Counted from the stretch's first letter, positions 1 through 10,286 are shown. The stretch is DNA of 64,000 bases from Candidatus Latescibacterota bacterium (GCA_965242865.1 CBDETK010000013.1:5056001-5120000), one strand, 5' to 3'. Program-made: numbers and translations. Notes: generated by a model not told the origin, from the sequence alone.

Positions 1-2
1 TT

Positions 3-533
3 TTGCAGCAGCTCACCAAGGCCGAAACAGCCGTAAAGGCCGTCCCCAGCGAGGAGGCGGTCGCTGCGTACTACGAGGCGAACAAGACGCGCTTCCGCAC
101 GGCCGAATCCGTCCTCATCAACCAGCTCCTCGCGCCCAGCCGCGCCCAAGCCGAAGAGCTGCGCGAAGCCCTCGCCAACGGTAGCTCCATCGCCGAGGTG
201 TTGGCCCGGCCGGGCGTCGAAACCCACGGCGACCCGCACGACGGAAGGTTGCGCCTGCGCAAGGTGGTGCGGGCGCGCTATCCCCAGCTCGTGGATGCGG
301 CCTTTGCCGCGCCGCTCGGCGAGTGGGGCGGGCCGGTAGAGGTGCTCGATCACTTTGCCGTCTTCCGAGTGCAGCAAAAGGAGGGCGGCGAGATCCAACC
401 CTTGGCCCAAGCGCGGGCGCGGGCGCAAGCCATCTTGACAGCGAGGAACCGGGACGCGCTCATGGACGCGTTGATCCAACGCCTGCGTGCCGAACGCGCC
501 AGCCAAGTCGCCTTGTTCGCCGAGCACCTGTAA
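3..533 (+). CDS. Parvulin/PpiC-type peptidyl-prolyl isomerase (SurA/PrsA-like), 5' partial
   Basis: Motifs AYYEANKTRF, AEELREALANG, DAAFAAPLGEWGGPVE, FAVFRV typical of PpiC/rotamase domains; runs off the window start. Confidence 0.7.
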   Translation: MQQLTKAETAVKAVPSEEAVAAYYEANKTRFRTAESVLINQLLAPSRAQAEELREALANGSSIAEVLARPGVETHGDPHDGRLRLRKVVRARYPQLVDAAFAAPLGEWGGPVEVLDHFAVFRVQQKEGGEIQPLAQARARAQAILTARNRDALMDALIQRLRAERASQVALFAEHL

Positions 534-545
534 GGAGGTGTCACC

Positions 546-3500
546 GTGGCCAAAATAAAATGGGCGGCCCTCGCGGCTGGCCTGCTGTGGGTCGGGCTGC
601 CAGCCCGCGCCCAGCAAGGGTACGACCTCATCGACGACCGCATCGTCGTGGCTGGACGCCACTGGCAGCAGTGGAAAAAGCCCGAACACTTGACCACCAT
701 CGACCCTTCGGGCGCGGTGCGTCCGCGACGCCTGCGCTCGATTTACAACGTCCTCGCCGACCCCAGCATCGCCCGTCCGGTCGTGATCACCAACAAAGCC
801 CCGCGCATCCTCAACGTGGACAGCACCCTGAAGGTCGATGTGCTCGGTCAGCCCATCCAAAACGCCCAGAAAAAGTTCGTGTACGACTATTGGGTGCGGG
901 CCGGGGTCAGCCGCGCTGGTTCCAATGTCGCGGCCGCGGCCCACATCATCGACGGCGACCCGACCACCTTCTGGGAGCCGGACCCGCGCGACCCCATTGA
1001 GCAGTGGTGGGTCGAGGTGGATCTGGGCCGGGCGGTGCCGGTGGAGGGCATTTCCGTGCGCTTCGTCGAAGGGGGCTTGGGCGATCCCTTTTACAAGTAC
1101 CTCCTCCTCTTGGCCCCGAACCAGACGCTATCGCGCACGGACGACCGCAAGGTCAACTTCGAGCTCTTCGTCCCTCACGAAGGCCCGAACACCGAGCAGC
1201 GCGCCTTCTTCTTTCCCAGCGCGACCGCGACCGGAGGCGCGACCTTGGCGGCGCCGGTCAACCCGGGCCTCACAGTGCCCACCGGCGGGATCAGGAGTGT
1301 CAAGAGGCTGCAACAAATCAGCGCGGACCCGGCTTGGACCGGCAAGATCATCGAAACCATCCGCATCGTCATCACGGACACGCGCGGCGGGCGGGCCGAG
1401 CAAATCGACCAAGCCGCGTGGGAGGCCCTGCCCGCACGTGAACGCGGCGACATCGTCCACTTTGTGCGCGACTTTGCCGGCCGCGAAGAGCCGGTCGCGG
1501 CGGCAACCTACGAGTTGTTGGCCGAGGAGCGGCGCGGCCGCCGGGAATTTTACCGCCGGGAATTGCCGCGCTTGGCCGAGGTCGAGGCGTGGGGTTGGGG
1601 CGACAACATCGGCCTCGGCATGGTTGCCGGCGGCGGCACCTTGGAACTGACCTCGGCTGGCAAGACGCCGACCCCGGCCTTTGACGGCGACATTGGCAGC
1701 AATTATCAGCACGCCACCCAAGACCCCCTCAACCCGGGCGCCAACGTCCTGACCATCGACATGGGCGGCACGGTGTGGTTAGACCAAGTCCGCGTCGTCG
1801 GCGGCAACATCCGCGGCTACCAGATGCGGTCTTCCACCGGGGAACGCGACGCCCAAGGCAAGCTACGCTGGCGCGCCATCACCCCGCCGGAGCGGGTGAC
1901 CAACGTCGATAATGGCTTCTTTGGCTATCTCAACGATGTGCAAGACCCGGTGCGCAAGGTGCGCTTCCTCGACCTGCTGACCTTGGCCAACTTCATCGGC
2001 GACACGGAAAACCGCTCGGACCGCTTCTGGTCTCGCTTCAGCGAGCTGATGCTGTTTGCCGAGGGCGTGCCGGCCGAAGTCGAGCTGGAGTCCAACCTAA
2101 TTGAGCTGTCCGGGTTGGTGACCTTGGGCAACATTCACTGGGAGGCCACCACGCCGCCGGGCACCAAGGTCGAGATTCGCACCCGCACGGGCGACCAACT
2201 CATCGAGCGGGTGCGCTTCTACGACAGCAATGGCATTGAAAAGACCGCGGCCGAGCACAAAAAGCTCCTCGCCTTCCTCAAGGGGCCGATCGACACCTCC
2301 TTTGCAATCGGCCCGGGCTGGAGTGCTTGGAGCCAGCAATACCAGCGGTCCGGCGACCCGGTGACGTCCCCCAGCCTGCGCAGGTTCATGCAAATCCAAG
2401 CTCGCCTGCTCAGCGAGGACCGCGAGGTCGCCCCCGCGTTACAAAGCATTTCCGTTGAGTTGCACACTCCGGTCGCCCTGGGGCTGCGGGCCGAGGTTTG
2501 GCCGCCCGAGGCCCAAGTGGGCGTTTTGGACACTTTTGAAATTTTCGTCCAACCCGAGTTTCTAGAGCGGCCCACCTCCATCCGCAGCCTCGGGTTCGAC
2601 GAAATGCTCGTCAGCGCCGATCCGGGCCTCGATATGCAGCTCATCGACGTGACGGTAGCGACCGAGGCGCAGTTTGCTGGGGGAGCACCGCCCGCGCCGT
2701 TGGCCCTCGCCGACGGCCAGCGGCTGCAAGGCGATTCGCTCTGGGTGCGCCTCCCAGAGGTCGCCCACAGCGCCAGCGACGAACTACCGCCGCTTTACTT
2801 CCGCACGGCCGGCGATGGCGAGGAAGTGCCCACCGGCATCGATGGCGAGCTTTTGACGGCCACCTCGCATGCCCTGCTGCCCGACGCAGTGCGCGGCGCG
2901 GTGCGCTACTTCCGCACGGCCGGTGAAGAGCGCGTGGAAGTGAATCGAGCGACCTACGACGCGCTGCCGCCCGAGGCCCAAGGCCCGGTGCGCTACTTCC
3001 GCAAGATCGTGGGCGTGGGCAGCCAGACGCTTTTCGACGAGGCCGGCGACACGCTCAGCGCGGCCCAGTACAACCGGCTGGGCCGGGCCAGAGGGTGGGT
3101 CGTGGGCCGCGGTCGCCTCGTGCGCCTGCGTTTTGCGGCCCAAGTCTTTCTCCACGGCACCCAGCTCGAGGTGGCCGTGCGCAACCACGCAGCGAGTACG
3201 CCCTATCAGCCAGCCGACGCGGCCGACGCAACGGCGCTGCGGCCGTCGCAAACCCTGTCCATCGCCGCGCTCGGGGCCGAGCAAATCGTCGCGGACATCG
3301 CGGTCGCGCCCAATCCCTTCACCCCCAACGGCGACCGCGTAAACGACGTCGCCCAAATTGAATTTTCCCTGTTCAAGGTCTATGCCGAGCGGCCGGCGGC
3401 CGTGCGGATATGGGCGCTCGATGGCCGGCTCATGCGCGAGCTGTCCGGCGCGGCCCAAGGCGGGCGGCAGCACTTTGCTTGGGATGGGAAGGACGACCGC

Positions 3501-3608
3501 GGCCGCGTCGTGCCGCCCGGTCTGTACATCTGCCAGATCGACGTAGAAACCGATGTCCAAGACCGCGCCGGACAGCGGCGATCTCACCTCATCGCGGTAG
3601 CCTATTAG
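546..3608 (+). CDS. Large secreted protein with discoidin/F5-8-like domains and C-terminal TPNGDxxND/FlgD-Ig domain
   Basis: RBS AGGAGG then GTG; signal peptide ending ARA-Q; IDGDPTTFW...VEVDLG; C-terminus PNPFTPNGDRVND...WDGKDDRGRVVPPGLY. Confidence 0.75.
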   Translation: MAKIKWAALAAGLLWVGLPARAQQGYDLIDDRIVVAGRHWQQWKKPEHLTTIDPSGAVRPRRLRSIYNVLADPSIARPVVITNKAPRILNVDSTLKVDVLGQPIQNAQKKFVYDYWVRAGVSRAGSNVAAAAHIIDGDPTTFWEPDPRDPIEQWWVEVDLGRAVPVEGISVRFVEGGLGDPFYKYLLLLAPNQTLSRTDDRKVNFELFVPHEGPNTEQRAFFFPSATATGGATLAAPVNPGLTVPTGGIRSVKRLQQISADPAWTGKIIETIRIVITDTRGGRAEQIDQAAWEALPARERGDIVHFVRDFAGREEPVAAATYELLAEERRGRREFYRRELPRLAEVEAWGWGDNIGLGMVAGGGTLELTSAGKTPTPAFDGDIGSNYQHATQDPLNPGANVLTIDMGGTVWLDQVRVVGGNIRGYQMRSSTGERDAQGKLRWRAITPPERVTNVDNGFFGYLNDVQDPVRKVRFLDLLTLANFIGDTENRSDRFWSRFSELMLFAEGVPAEVELESNLIELSGLVTLGNIHWEATTPPGTKVEIRTRTGDQLIERVRFYDSNGIEKTAAEHKKLLAFLKGPIDTSFAIGPGWSAWSQQYQRSGDPVTSPSLRRFMQIQARLLSEDREVAPALQSISVELHTPVALGLRAEVWPPEAQVGVLDTFEIFVQPEFLERPTSIRSLGFDEMLVSADPGLDMQLIDVTVATEAQFAGGAPPAPLALADGQRLQGDSLWVRLPEVAHSASDELPPLYFRTAGDGEEVPTGIDGELLTATSHALLPDAVRGAVRYFRTAGEERVEVNRATYDALPPEAQGPVRYFRKIVGVGSQTLFDEAGDTLSAAQYNRLGRARGWVVGRGRLVRLRFAAQVFLHGTQLEVAVRNHAASTPYQPADAADATALRPSQTLSIAALGAEQIVADIAVAPNPFTPNGDRVNDVAQIEFSLFKVYAERPAAVRIWALDGRLMRELSGAAQGGRQHFAWDGKDDRGRVVPPGLYICQIDVETDVQDRAGQRRSHLIAVAY

Positions 3609-3624
3609 GGGGCCAAAGAGCACC

Positions 3625-6282
3625 ATGTACATTAGAATAAGCGTCGTTTTGCTCCTCGTCGTCGGAGCCGCCCCGGAGGCGGTCGGCCAAGTCGATTACA
3701 GCACGCGCCTGGGGCTGGAACAGGGCGACGAGACCTCGTTTGCGCCCCAAGGGCCGGCCGTCATGCTCGGCGTCCTCGACCCGGCCGTGCGCCGCTGGTA
3801 CGTGCCGCAGGAGCTCTACAAAGAGTACCAGTGGCGTCAGTGGCAGTACACCAACTACGCCCGCAACCCCTACCAGCGCTACGTCGATATTAGCCTCGAA
3901 GGCGATTACTTTTACGACCTGTACGGCAATTTTCTCACCCGCGGCTGGTTGATCTTCAACAACTCCCAGAGCAAGCCGCAGCAGTTTGGCAATTCTCTGC
4001 TCAAGTCCAACCGCTTCCAGCAGTGGTTTTCCGACGTGGTCATCGCGTCCGACGCCAAGGGCCAATACTTCTACACCCTGACGACGAGCGCGCAGATGCG
4101 CTCGGTGATCTCCCCGATGGTCTTTTCCAAGCCGCGCATGGACGGCGTGCAGTTCGACCTCGCCACGGACCGCTACGAAGGGACGCTCATCTATTCGCGC
4201 TTGAGCAATCCGGGCGGCTCGACGACCGAAGACCAAGAAGTGCTCCGCACCAACAACACCACGCTCTTTGGCGGGCGCTTCGCGTACCAGCTCAGCGACG
4301 CCCTGCAACTGGGCCTACACGCGGTCAACGCCCACCAGTCGAACACCCTGTCGGACCGCTTGGTGGGCAACCCGTTTTCCGGCGCTTTGACCGTGGCCCA
4401 AAACAAGACCGTGTCCCTGATTCAGATCGTCCTGCGCGACGATTCCCCTGGCGACGATGCCGGCGGGGCGGCCTTCTTTGAGGCGGGTTCCGACGTGCTG
4501 ATTACCTACGAGGACGGCACCGTTGATGTGGGCAAAGACATCCGGTTTGAGCCGGTCATTGAGGGCGGCTTTGTCCAGCAGGGCTATATCGCCGCCAACG
4601 GCCCCGAGGAGATTCGCCTGAGCTACGACTTTGACAGCCCGGCCTTTGTCGATCGGGCCTCGTTTCCCAAAGAGGACATCGTCAAGGTTGAGTTCCGGCT
4701 CGTGCTGGGCAACGACTATCAGGTGTGGATGACCTCGGACCGCCAAGTCAATCGCGACGGGGAGGCCGTGCTGCTGCTCGTAGCCCAAGCCGAAGGCAAT
4801 GTGCAAGACATCACCAATTTGCAGACCGTCCGCTTTGAGTACGGCCTGCCGACCGCGACTCACCTGTTCGGCGGCAGCCTTGAGCTACGCGACTACGCGG
4901 GCTTTGACCTGTACGCCGAATACGACCTGAGCGTGAGCTACCGCAAGTACCCCAACGTCCTGCGCGACGAGCACCGCACGGCATCCGGCATTGGCGGGCG
5001 CCGCCGGGCGCCGGCGTGGATGGTGAATGCGTCCAAAAAGGCCGCTCCGTTCTTTGTTTTTGGCGAGGCGTACAGCATGGACCCGCTTTACAATACGCGG
5101 ACCTTTGTCACCACGGGCACGGGCGAAATCAACTACGACAGCGAGCGCGAGGGCATCGTCGAGCTCGTGGAGGACAACGACGACCAAGACCGCTTCCCGG
5201 ACACGGTGCGCTTTGACTGGTTGCAGGGCGATTCGCAGGTCTTCCCGGGCTGGGACCAAAACAACGACTTCGTGCCCGACATCAACCAAAACGACAACTT
5301 CGTGCGCTCCAACGCCGTGCCCGACTACGAAGAGCCTTTCCTCCGCTTCCACTCCGATCGGCCGGAATTTCTCTTCGGGATGGACATGAACAACAACTTC
5401 TGGATCGACCAGTACGAAAACGACGAAGAACCCGATTATCCCTACCGCCGCGACCACCGCGGCTACAATGGGTACGCGGGTGCGGACCTGACGCCCCAGC
5501 TCAAGGTGATGGTCGGGGCGTTGCGCGAGGAACTCATCTCGTCAGACCAGCACAACAAGAGCACCTACGCGCTGGTGACGTACGACGACAACTCTCCGCG
5601 CTGGGGGCGGTTGCGCTTGTTTGAAATGAGCAAATTGGTCGAGGACGACATCCCCAATCCCCTGTTGCAGTGGGCGCCGGACAATACCCTGCGCGGCGGC
5701 GAGTTGACCAAGGTCGAAGACCCCTTGTTGGCCCGCGACACTTGGATCAACCAGTTGTTTGTGGGGCACAATTTGCAGTCGGCCTCCTATCGCGTGCAGA
5801 CCAAGGTCAACTACGTGCGCTTCCGCCAGCTCATGAGCAAGGCCCGCCGGCAGGCCCTCGCGCTCGACGAGCAGGACTTCTTCTTTGGGGCGATCAACAA
5901 GGCCAGCTATCGCTATGCCTTGGGCCGGTTGAGCGTGGAGCCGCGCTATAAGAGCGAGTTCCGCAAGCAGTCGCGCGGCCTGTTCACCCTAGAGCATTCC
6001 ACGAGTCTGTACGGGCTTTTTTCCGCGGTCGTGGAAACCCGCCTCCTGCGAGCCACCCGGCTGCAAGCGGGCGTCGAGTACCTGATTTTTAACGACTTTG
6101 ACGAGGATGCCCGCGATTTCAACTCCATTACCGGCGCGTTTCAGTTTACCAACCAGTCCCAGTACTTGGGGTACAGCCTCCACGCCTTGGCCGGGTTGTG
6201 CATTGAGCGCGAAGCCTTCAAAGAGGCCGAGGCGCGGTACACGAGTCAGACCTTTATCACGATCTACGCAGGATTGGAATAG
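3625..6282 (+). CDS. Putative outer-membrane protein (~885 aa, unknown family)
   Basis: Signal peptide; many alternating aromatic/hydrophobic beta-strand-like segments; ends TFITIYAGLE; Asp/Asn-rich DxNxD motifs; paralog of 14102..16714. Confidence 0.6.
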   Translation: MYIRISVVLLLVVGAAPEAVGQVDYSTRLGLEQGDETSFAPQGPAVMLGVLDPAVRRWYVPQELYKEYQWRQWQYTNYARNPYQRYVDISLEGDYFYDLYGNFLTRGWLIFNNSQSKPQQFGNSLLKSNRFQQWFSDVVIASDAKGQYFYTLTTSAQMRSVISPMVFSKPRMDGVQFDLATDRYEGTLIYSRLSNPGGSTTEDQEVLRTNNTTLFGGRFAYQLSDALQLGLHAVNAHQSNTLSDRLVGNPFSGALTVAQNKTVSLIQIVLRDDSPGDDAGGAAFFEAGSDVLITYEDGTVDVGKDIRFEPVIEGGFVQQGYIAANGPEEIRLSYDFDSPAFVDRASFPKEDIVKVEFRLVLGNDYQVWMTSDRQVNRDGEAVLLLVAQAEGNVQDITNLQTVRFEYGLPTATHLFGGSLELRDYAGFDLYAEYDLSVSYRKYPNVLRDEHRTASGIGGRRRAPAWMVNASKKAAPFFVFGEAYSMDPLYNTRTFVTTGTGEINYDSEREGIVELVEDNDDQDRFPDTVRFDWLQGDSQVFPGWDQNNDFVPDINQNDNFVRSNAVPDYEEPFLRFHSDRPEFLFGMDMNNNFWIDQYENDEEPDYPYRRDHRGYNGYAGADLTPQLKVMVGALREELISSDQHNKSTYALVTYDDNSPRWGRLRLFEMSKLVEDDIPNPLLQWAPDNTLRGGELTKVEDPLLARDTWINQLFVGHNLQSASYRVQTKVNYVRFRQLMSKARRQALALDEQDFFFGAINKASYRYALGRLSVEPRYKSEFRKQSRGLFTLEHSTSLYGLFSAVVETRLLRATRLQAGVEYLIFNDFDEDARDFNSITGAFQFTNQSQYLGYSLHALAGLCIEREAFKEAEARYTSQTFITIYAGLE

Positions 6283-6285
6283 CGC

Positions 6286-8220
6286 GTGATTTGGCGCGAC
6301 GACAACTTTGGTGCCGCCGTCATCGGCTGCGCGCTCTTGGCCCTTTGGCCGCGCCTGACCTATCTCAGTGAGGTCGAGCAACACCCCTTTTGGGAGGTGC
6401 CGACTCCGGCGAGCCAGCCGTATGTCGAAGCCGCTCGGGGGGAGCCGAGCGCGGCCGTTGCCAGTCCCTTGTACCCGCTCTTTTTGCGCGGCCTCGTCGC
6501 GGCCGGGTTGGCTCCCCGCTACGTCCAAGCCCTGCTCGGCGCGGCGAGTTGCGTGCTCGTAGCCCTGATTGGGTGCGCCCTGTGGGGGCCGGGCACGGGC
6601 CTCATCGCCGCGCTGGCGCTGGCCCTGTACGGACCGGCCATCTATTTCACCGGGGCCTTGCTGCCGCCGGCCCTCGCGGTGTTTCTGGGGCTCTCGCTGT
6701 TGGCGACGCTCTTGTGGGCCGACCGCGGTGGGAAGGCGTCTTGGGGGGCCGGGCTTTTGCTGGGGCTGTGCCTGCTGGCCGCTCCGCAGGTCGCGCTCTT
6801 TGCGCCGGCCGCGCTGGGGTGGCTGTGGCTCGGCGGCCGGCCGCGAGCGGGTTGGGCCTGCGCCTTGGGAACGGCTGGTGCGCTGGCGTTGTGGCACGTT
6901 TTCGGGGGGGGCACAAGTGTCGGCGGCTCGCCCGACCTGCTCGTGCGCGGCGGGGAACACCTGCCGGCGCTGGACATGTACCACGGGCGGGGCGATTCGG
7001 TCGTCTTGGCGGTCCTGCTGTGGAAATGGGGCTTGGCGTTTCCCTTTGGCTTGGTCCTGCCGCTCGCGCTCTTGGGCGCGGGGCTGGCCTTGGCGGCCCG
7101 GCAGCGGGGTCCTGCGCTCGCGCTGCTGTGGGTCGCAACCGGCGCGGTCGGCACCGCGCTCTACGGCGCCCAAGCCGAGACGCGCATGGTGCTGGTCCCG
7201 GTGTTCTTGCTCTTTGCCGCGAGCGGGGTCGGGCAACTGACGCGGTGGTCTTGGGCGCGGCGCGGTTTGGCCGGGGCGGGCTTGGCCTTAGTCGCGAGCT
7301 TGGTCAGTGCCAAGACGCCCGAGATGGACCGAGCGGCGCAAGCGGCGCAGCACCGCTACTTGGGGCATGCCTATCGGGCGTTGGGCATGACGGCCACGGC
7401 CATTGCCGCGTACGAACGGGCTGTGGCCGCGGGCCGGGCCGACGAGGACGTGTATTGGGCCTTGGCCGCGCTGTACGACGCCCGCGGCAAGCCCGAGCGC
7501 GCCTTGGGCATTGTCCGGCATTACGTCGCGCACTGGCCGGCCGACAAGCGCGGGCAGCGCGCCCTCGCCGATCGCTACATGGCACTGGGCCGTCCCCAGC
7601 AAGCGCGCCCCATCTACCAACGGCTCGTCGCGGCCGGGCAGGAGGCCCTCCTTGGGCGTTTGGGGGACGCGCAACTGACCAGCGGCGCCCTCGACGAGGC
7701 CGTGCAATCCTACCAGCGGCTGCTCGCGTCGCGCCCGGATAGCAGCCGGGTGTGCTACCAACTGGCGCGTGCGTACGCAGCGGCCGGCCGGGCCGCCGAC
7801 GCCGAGCGAACCTATCGCCTGCTCCTAGACAGTCCGGTATACGGCGTAGCGGCGCGGGTGGAAGCGGCCGCGCTCTTGCGGCGCAACGGTCAGCTCGCCG
7901 ACGCCGAGCCGCTGCTTTCGCAAGCCGTAGCCCTCGCGCCCGACCACCGCGAGGGCTTGCTGCTGCTCGGCGAGGTCCTCTTGGAGCAGGACCGGCCCGG
8001 CGAAGCTCTAACGCACTGGCTGCGCCTCGCCGAACTCGCGCCGCACGACTGGCGGGTCCAAGGCCACTTGAGCCGGGCCTATAGCCAGTTGGGGCAGCTC
8101 GCGGAGGCGCGGGAGGCCGAGGCGCGTTATCAGCGGGAAAGGCGACGCGCCCAGCTTCAGCAGCGGGTCGAGGTTGAGCAGAAAGCCTTGGCGGAAAAAA
8201 TTCTCGGGGAAAATTTATGA
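6286..8220 (+). CDS. Membrane protein with GT-C (ArnT/PMT-like) N-terminal half and C-terminal TPR repeats
   Basis: SPLYPLFL, VQALLGAASCVLV, ALYGPAIYF pattern with multiple TM helices; TPR-like helices (LGHAYRALG, AIAAYERAV, YQLARAY). Confidence 0.65.
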   Translation: MIWRDDNFGAAVIGCALLALWPRLTYLSEVEQHPFWEVPTPASQPYVEAARGEPSAAVASPLYPLFLRGLVAAGLAPRYVQALLGAASCVLVALIGCALWGPGTGLIAALALALYGPAIYFTGALLPPALAVFLGLSLLATLLWADRGGKASWGAGLLLGLCLLAAPQVALFAPAALGWLWLGGRPRAGWACALGTAGALALWHVFGGGTSVGGSPDLLVRGGEHLPALDMYHGRGDSVVLAVLLWKWGLAFPFGLVLPLALLGAGLALAARQRGPALALLWVATGAVGTALYGAQAETRMVLVPVFLLFAASGVGQLTRWSWARRGLAGAGLALVASLVSAKTPEMDRAAQAAQHRYLGHAYRALGMTATAIAAYERAVAAGRADEDVYWALAALYDARGKPERALGIVRHYVAHWPADKRGQRALADRYMALGRPQQARPIYQRLVAAGQEALLGRLGDAQLTSGALDEAVQSYQRLLASRPDSSRVCYQLARAYAAAGRAADAERTYRLLLDSPVYGVAARVEAAALLRRNGQLADAEPLLSQAVALAPDHREGLLLLGEVLLEQDRPGEALTHWLRLAELAPHDWRVQGHLSRAYSQLGQLAEAREAEARYQRERRRAQLQQRVEVEQKALAEKILGENL

Positions 8221-10286
8221 ACGCGCTGGCTCTCATCGGGGCGCTGGTGCTTTTGCACAGCGGCGATTTGCAAGGGCGTCAACGATTGACCGTCGGCCAA
8301 GACGGCCAGATTAGCTGGGAGGGGGCGGTCGCGGCCGGGGCCGCCGTGCAAACCATCGAGCCGGAGCACCGCTCCACGTTGGATCCCAACGTCACCGAGC
8401 TCGGGGTCGCGCCGGTTCGGCTCGTCGATTTTGCCAGCGCGGATTTTTCCGCCAGCATCCTGCCGCGCCGCGTGCAGGAGGGCCAGAACCTCGCCGCTGA
8501 AATCGCCGAGCGCGGCGGCAGCATCCGCGCCCCGACCGTTTTTGACCTCGCTGAGTCCCAGCTCCAAAGCATCCTCGCGCAGATCGTGTCGCCCGACCCC
8601 ACTGGCGTCGCCTTTGAGCGCAAGGGGCGCGATGTCCACGGCACCTTGCTCGTGCTCGATTTGGGGGCGCGCTTTGGCGTCAACCAAATTCGCTTCTTCC
8701 CGCGCAATACGGTCTTTCCGTCGCCCTCAACGCCCTTTCAGGAAGATTTTCTGAAAAACTTCGAGGTCCACGTGAACGACGGCCAAGTGCTGACCGAGGC
8801 TGGCAACCCGATTTGGGAGACCTTTGCGGTGCGGACCAACAACGCCGATCCGGTTTCTACCATAGAGATCGACCCGCCGCGCTTTTTGCGCTTCATCCGC
8901 CTGCGCGCGGCCTCCGCCATCCCCTTTGAGGTGGAAAAATTCCAAGTCTTCGGCGAGGGCTTTTTTCCCACCGTGCAGTACATTTCCCCGATCATCGACA
9001 TGGGTACGCCGGCCAACTGGGGGCGTTTGCGCTGGCTGGAGGAGACCGTGGGGCAGGCCAGTGCCGTGCAGATGGACCTCCGCACCCGCAGCGGCAGCGA
9101 CCCGTCGCCCTTTGCCTATACGCGCAAGCGCGTGGGCCGGCAAGACGCCGCAGAGATCGCGCTTTCGGTTGATGATCCCGATCTGCCGCTCTTGCGCGAC
9201 GAGTACCTCGACCTGCCGGCCAAGGGCGGCCCCGCCGATGTGTGGGAACGCGGGCCCGTGCGCGACGATTTGGCCCATTGGAGCCCGTGGACCTCGCCAT
9301 ACGATCCGGGCGCCGGCACGAGCCGCGAGGGCGCGTTGGTGCTGTCGCCCGGGCCGCGCCGCTACTTTCAGTTCCGGGTCGATTTTCAGTCCGACGATCT
9401 GGAGTCGGCCAAAGTCCTGCGGCAGTTTTCCTTTGACTTCACCACGCCGCCGTTGGCCGATGCGCTCGTCGGCGAGGTTTTTCCGCGCGAGGTGCCGGCG
9501 GCTGCGGACATTCCCTTTGTCTATGCCGTGCGCACCGAGATGGAGAGCGGGGATTTGCAGGGCTTTGACGGGTTTGAGCTGGTCACCGGCAGCCGCATCG
9601 ACCGCATTGAGCGCATTGAAATCATCGACGCGCAGGGCGAGTTCCTCCTCTCGCACGACTTTGCCGTGCAAGACGCAGTCGCCGACGAGGGCGACGTGGC
9701 GATCACCGAGATCGCGGAGCACCGCTTTGCGGTGCGCTTCCCGCACGTGGCGGCGCACAACACCGTGTTGAAAATTCACTTTGTCAGCCGCATCCTCTCG
9801 TACAGCACGGCTTTTGAGGGCCGGGGATTGCTGTTGCAGGAAGACGCCTTTCAGGGCGTCCAAGCGGGCGACGCCACCTCGCTAGACGAGGGCGATGTCT
9901 CGTTTAAGTCGGGCACGACCGTCTTGAGCCCGGCCGTCAACAGCGGCAGCCTCGTGGGCAGCTTTGACCTCGCCGCGTCCGTTATCACGCCCAATCGCGA
10001 CGGAATCAACGACGTTTTGGATATGGAGTGCGAGGTCCTCGCGGTCGGCGGCGGGGCGCAGATTGCGGTTGACATATACGACTTAGGGGGCCGCCGAGTG
10101 CGCCGCCTCTTCCACACCGAAGGGCAGAACGGCGTGTACAGCTCGGAAGACCTGCCCCAACTGCGGTGGGACGGGACCGACGATTGGGGTGCAAACGTGG
10201 CCCCGGGCCTCTATCTGGTCCAACTCAACATCGAAGGCGATGCGCGGGCGAGTGCGAGTACGCGTACCGTCGGCGTGGCGTACTAG
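8217..10286 (+). CDS. Secreted protein with C-terminal TPNxDGxND/FlgD-Ig domain
   Basis: Shares DLGA, TRSG, WSPW, SPGPRRYFQ, GEVFP, GFD, TPNRDGIND, WDGTD..G..VAPGLY with the 546, 12082 and 47481 paralogs; ATGA overlap with previous gene. Confidence 0.75.
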   Translation: MNALALIGALVLLHSGDLQGRQRLTVGQDGQISWEGAVAAGAAVQTIEPEHRSTLDPNVTELGVAPVRLVDFASADFSASILPRRVQEGQNLAAEIAERGGSIRAPTVFDLAESQLQSILAQIVSPDPTGVAFERKGRDVHGTLLVLDLGARFGVNQIRFFPRNTVFPSPSTPFQEDFLKNFEVHVNDGQVLTEAGNPIWETFAVRTNNADPVSTIEIDPPRFLRFIRLRAASAIPFEVEKFQVFGEGFFPTVQYISPIIDMGTPANWGRLRWLEETVGQASAVQMDLRTRSGSDPSPFAYTRKRVGRQDAAEIALSVDDPDLPLLRDEYLDLPAKGGPADVWERGPVRDDLAHWSPWTSPYDPGAGTSREGALVLSPGPRRYFQFRVDFQSDDLESAKVLRQFSFDFTTPPLADALVGEVFPREVPAAADIPFVYAVRTEMESGDLQGFDGFELVTGSRIDRIERIEIIDAQGEFLLSHDFAVQDAVADEGDVAITEIAEHRFAVRFPHVAAHNTVLKIHFVSRILSYSTAFEGRGLLLQEDAFQGVQAGDATSLDEGDVSFKSGTTVLSPAVNSGSLVGSFDLAASVITPNRDGINDVLDMECEVLAVGGGAQIAVDIYDLGGRRVRRLFHTEGQNGVYSSEDLPQLRWDGTDDWGANVAPGLYLVQLNIEGDARASASTRTVGVAY

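Noticed and set aside
5989-7742. Long alternative-frame ORFs (e.g. 5989..7236, 6390..7742, 8727..9863, 57276..58526)
   Set aside because: Shadow ORFs overlapping well-supported genes in high-GC DNA; Arg/Gly/Pro-rich with no motifs.
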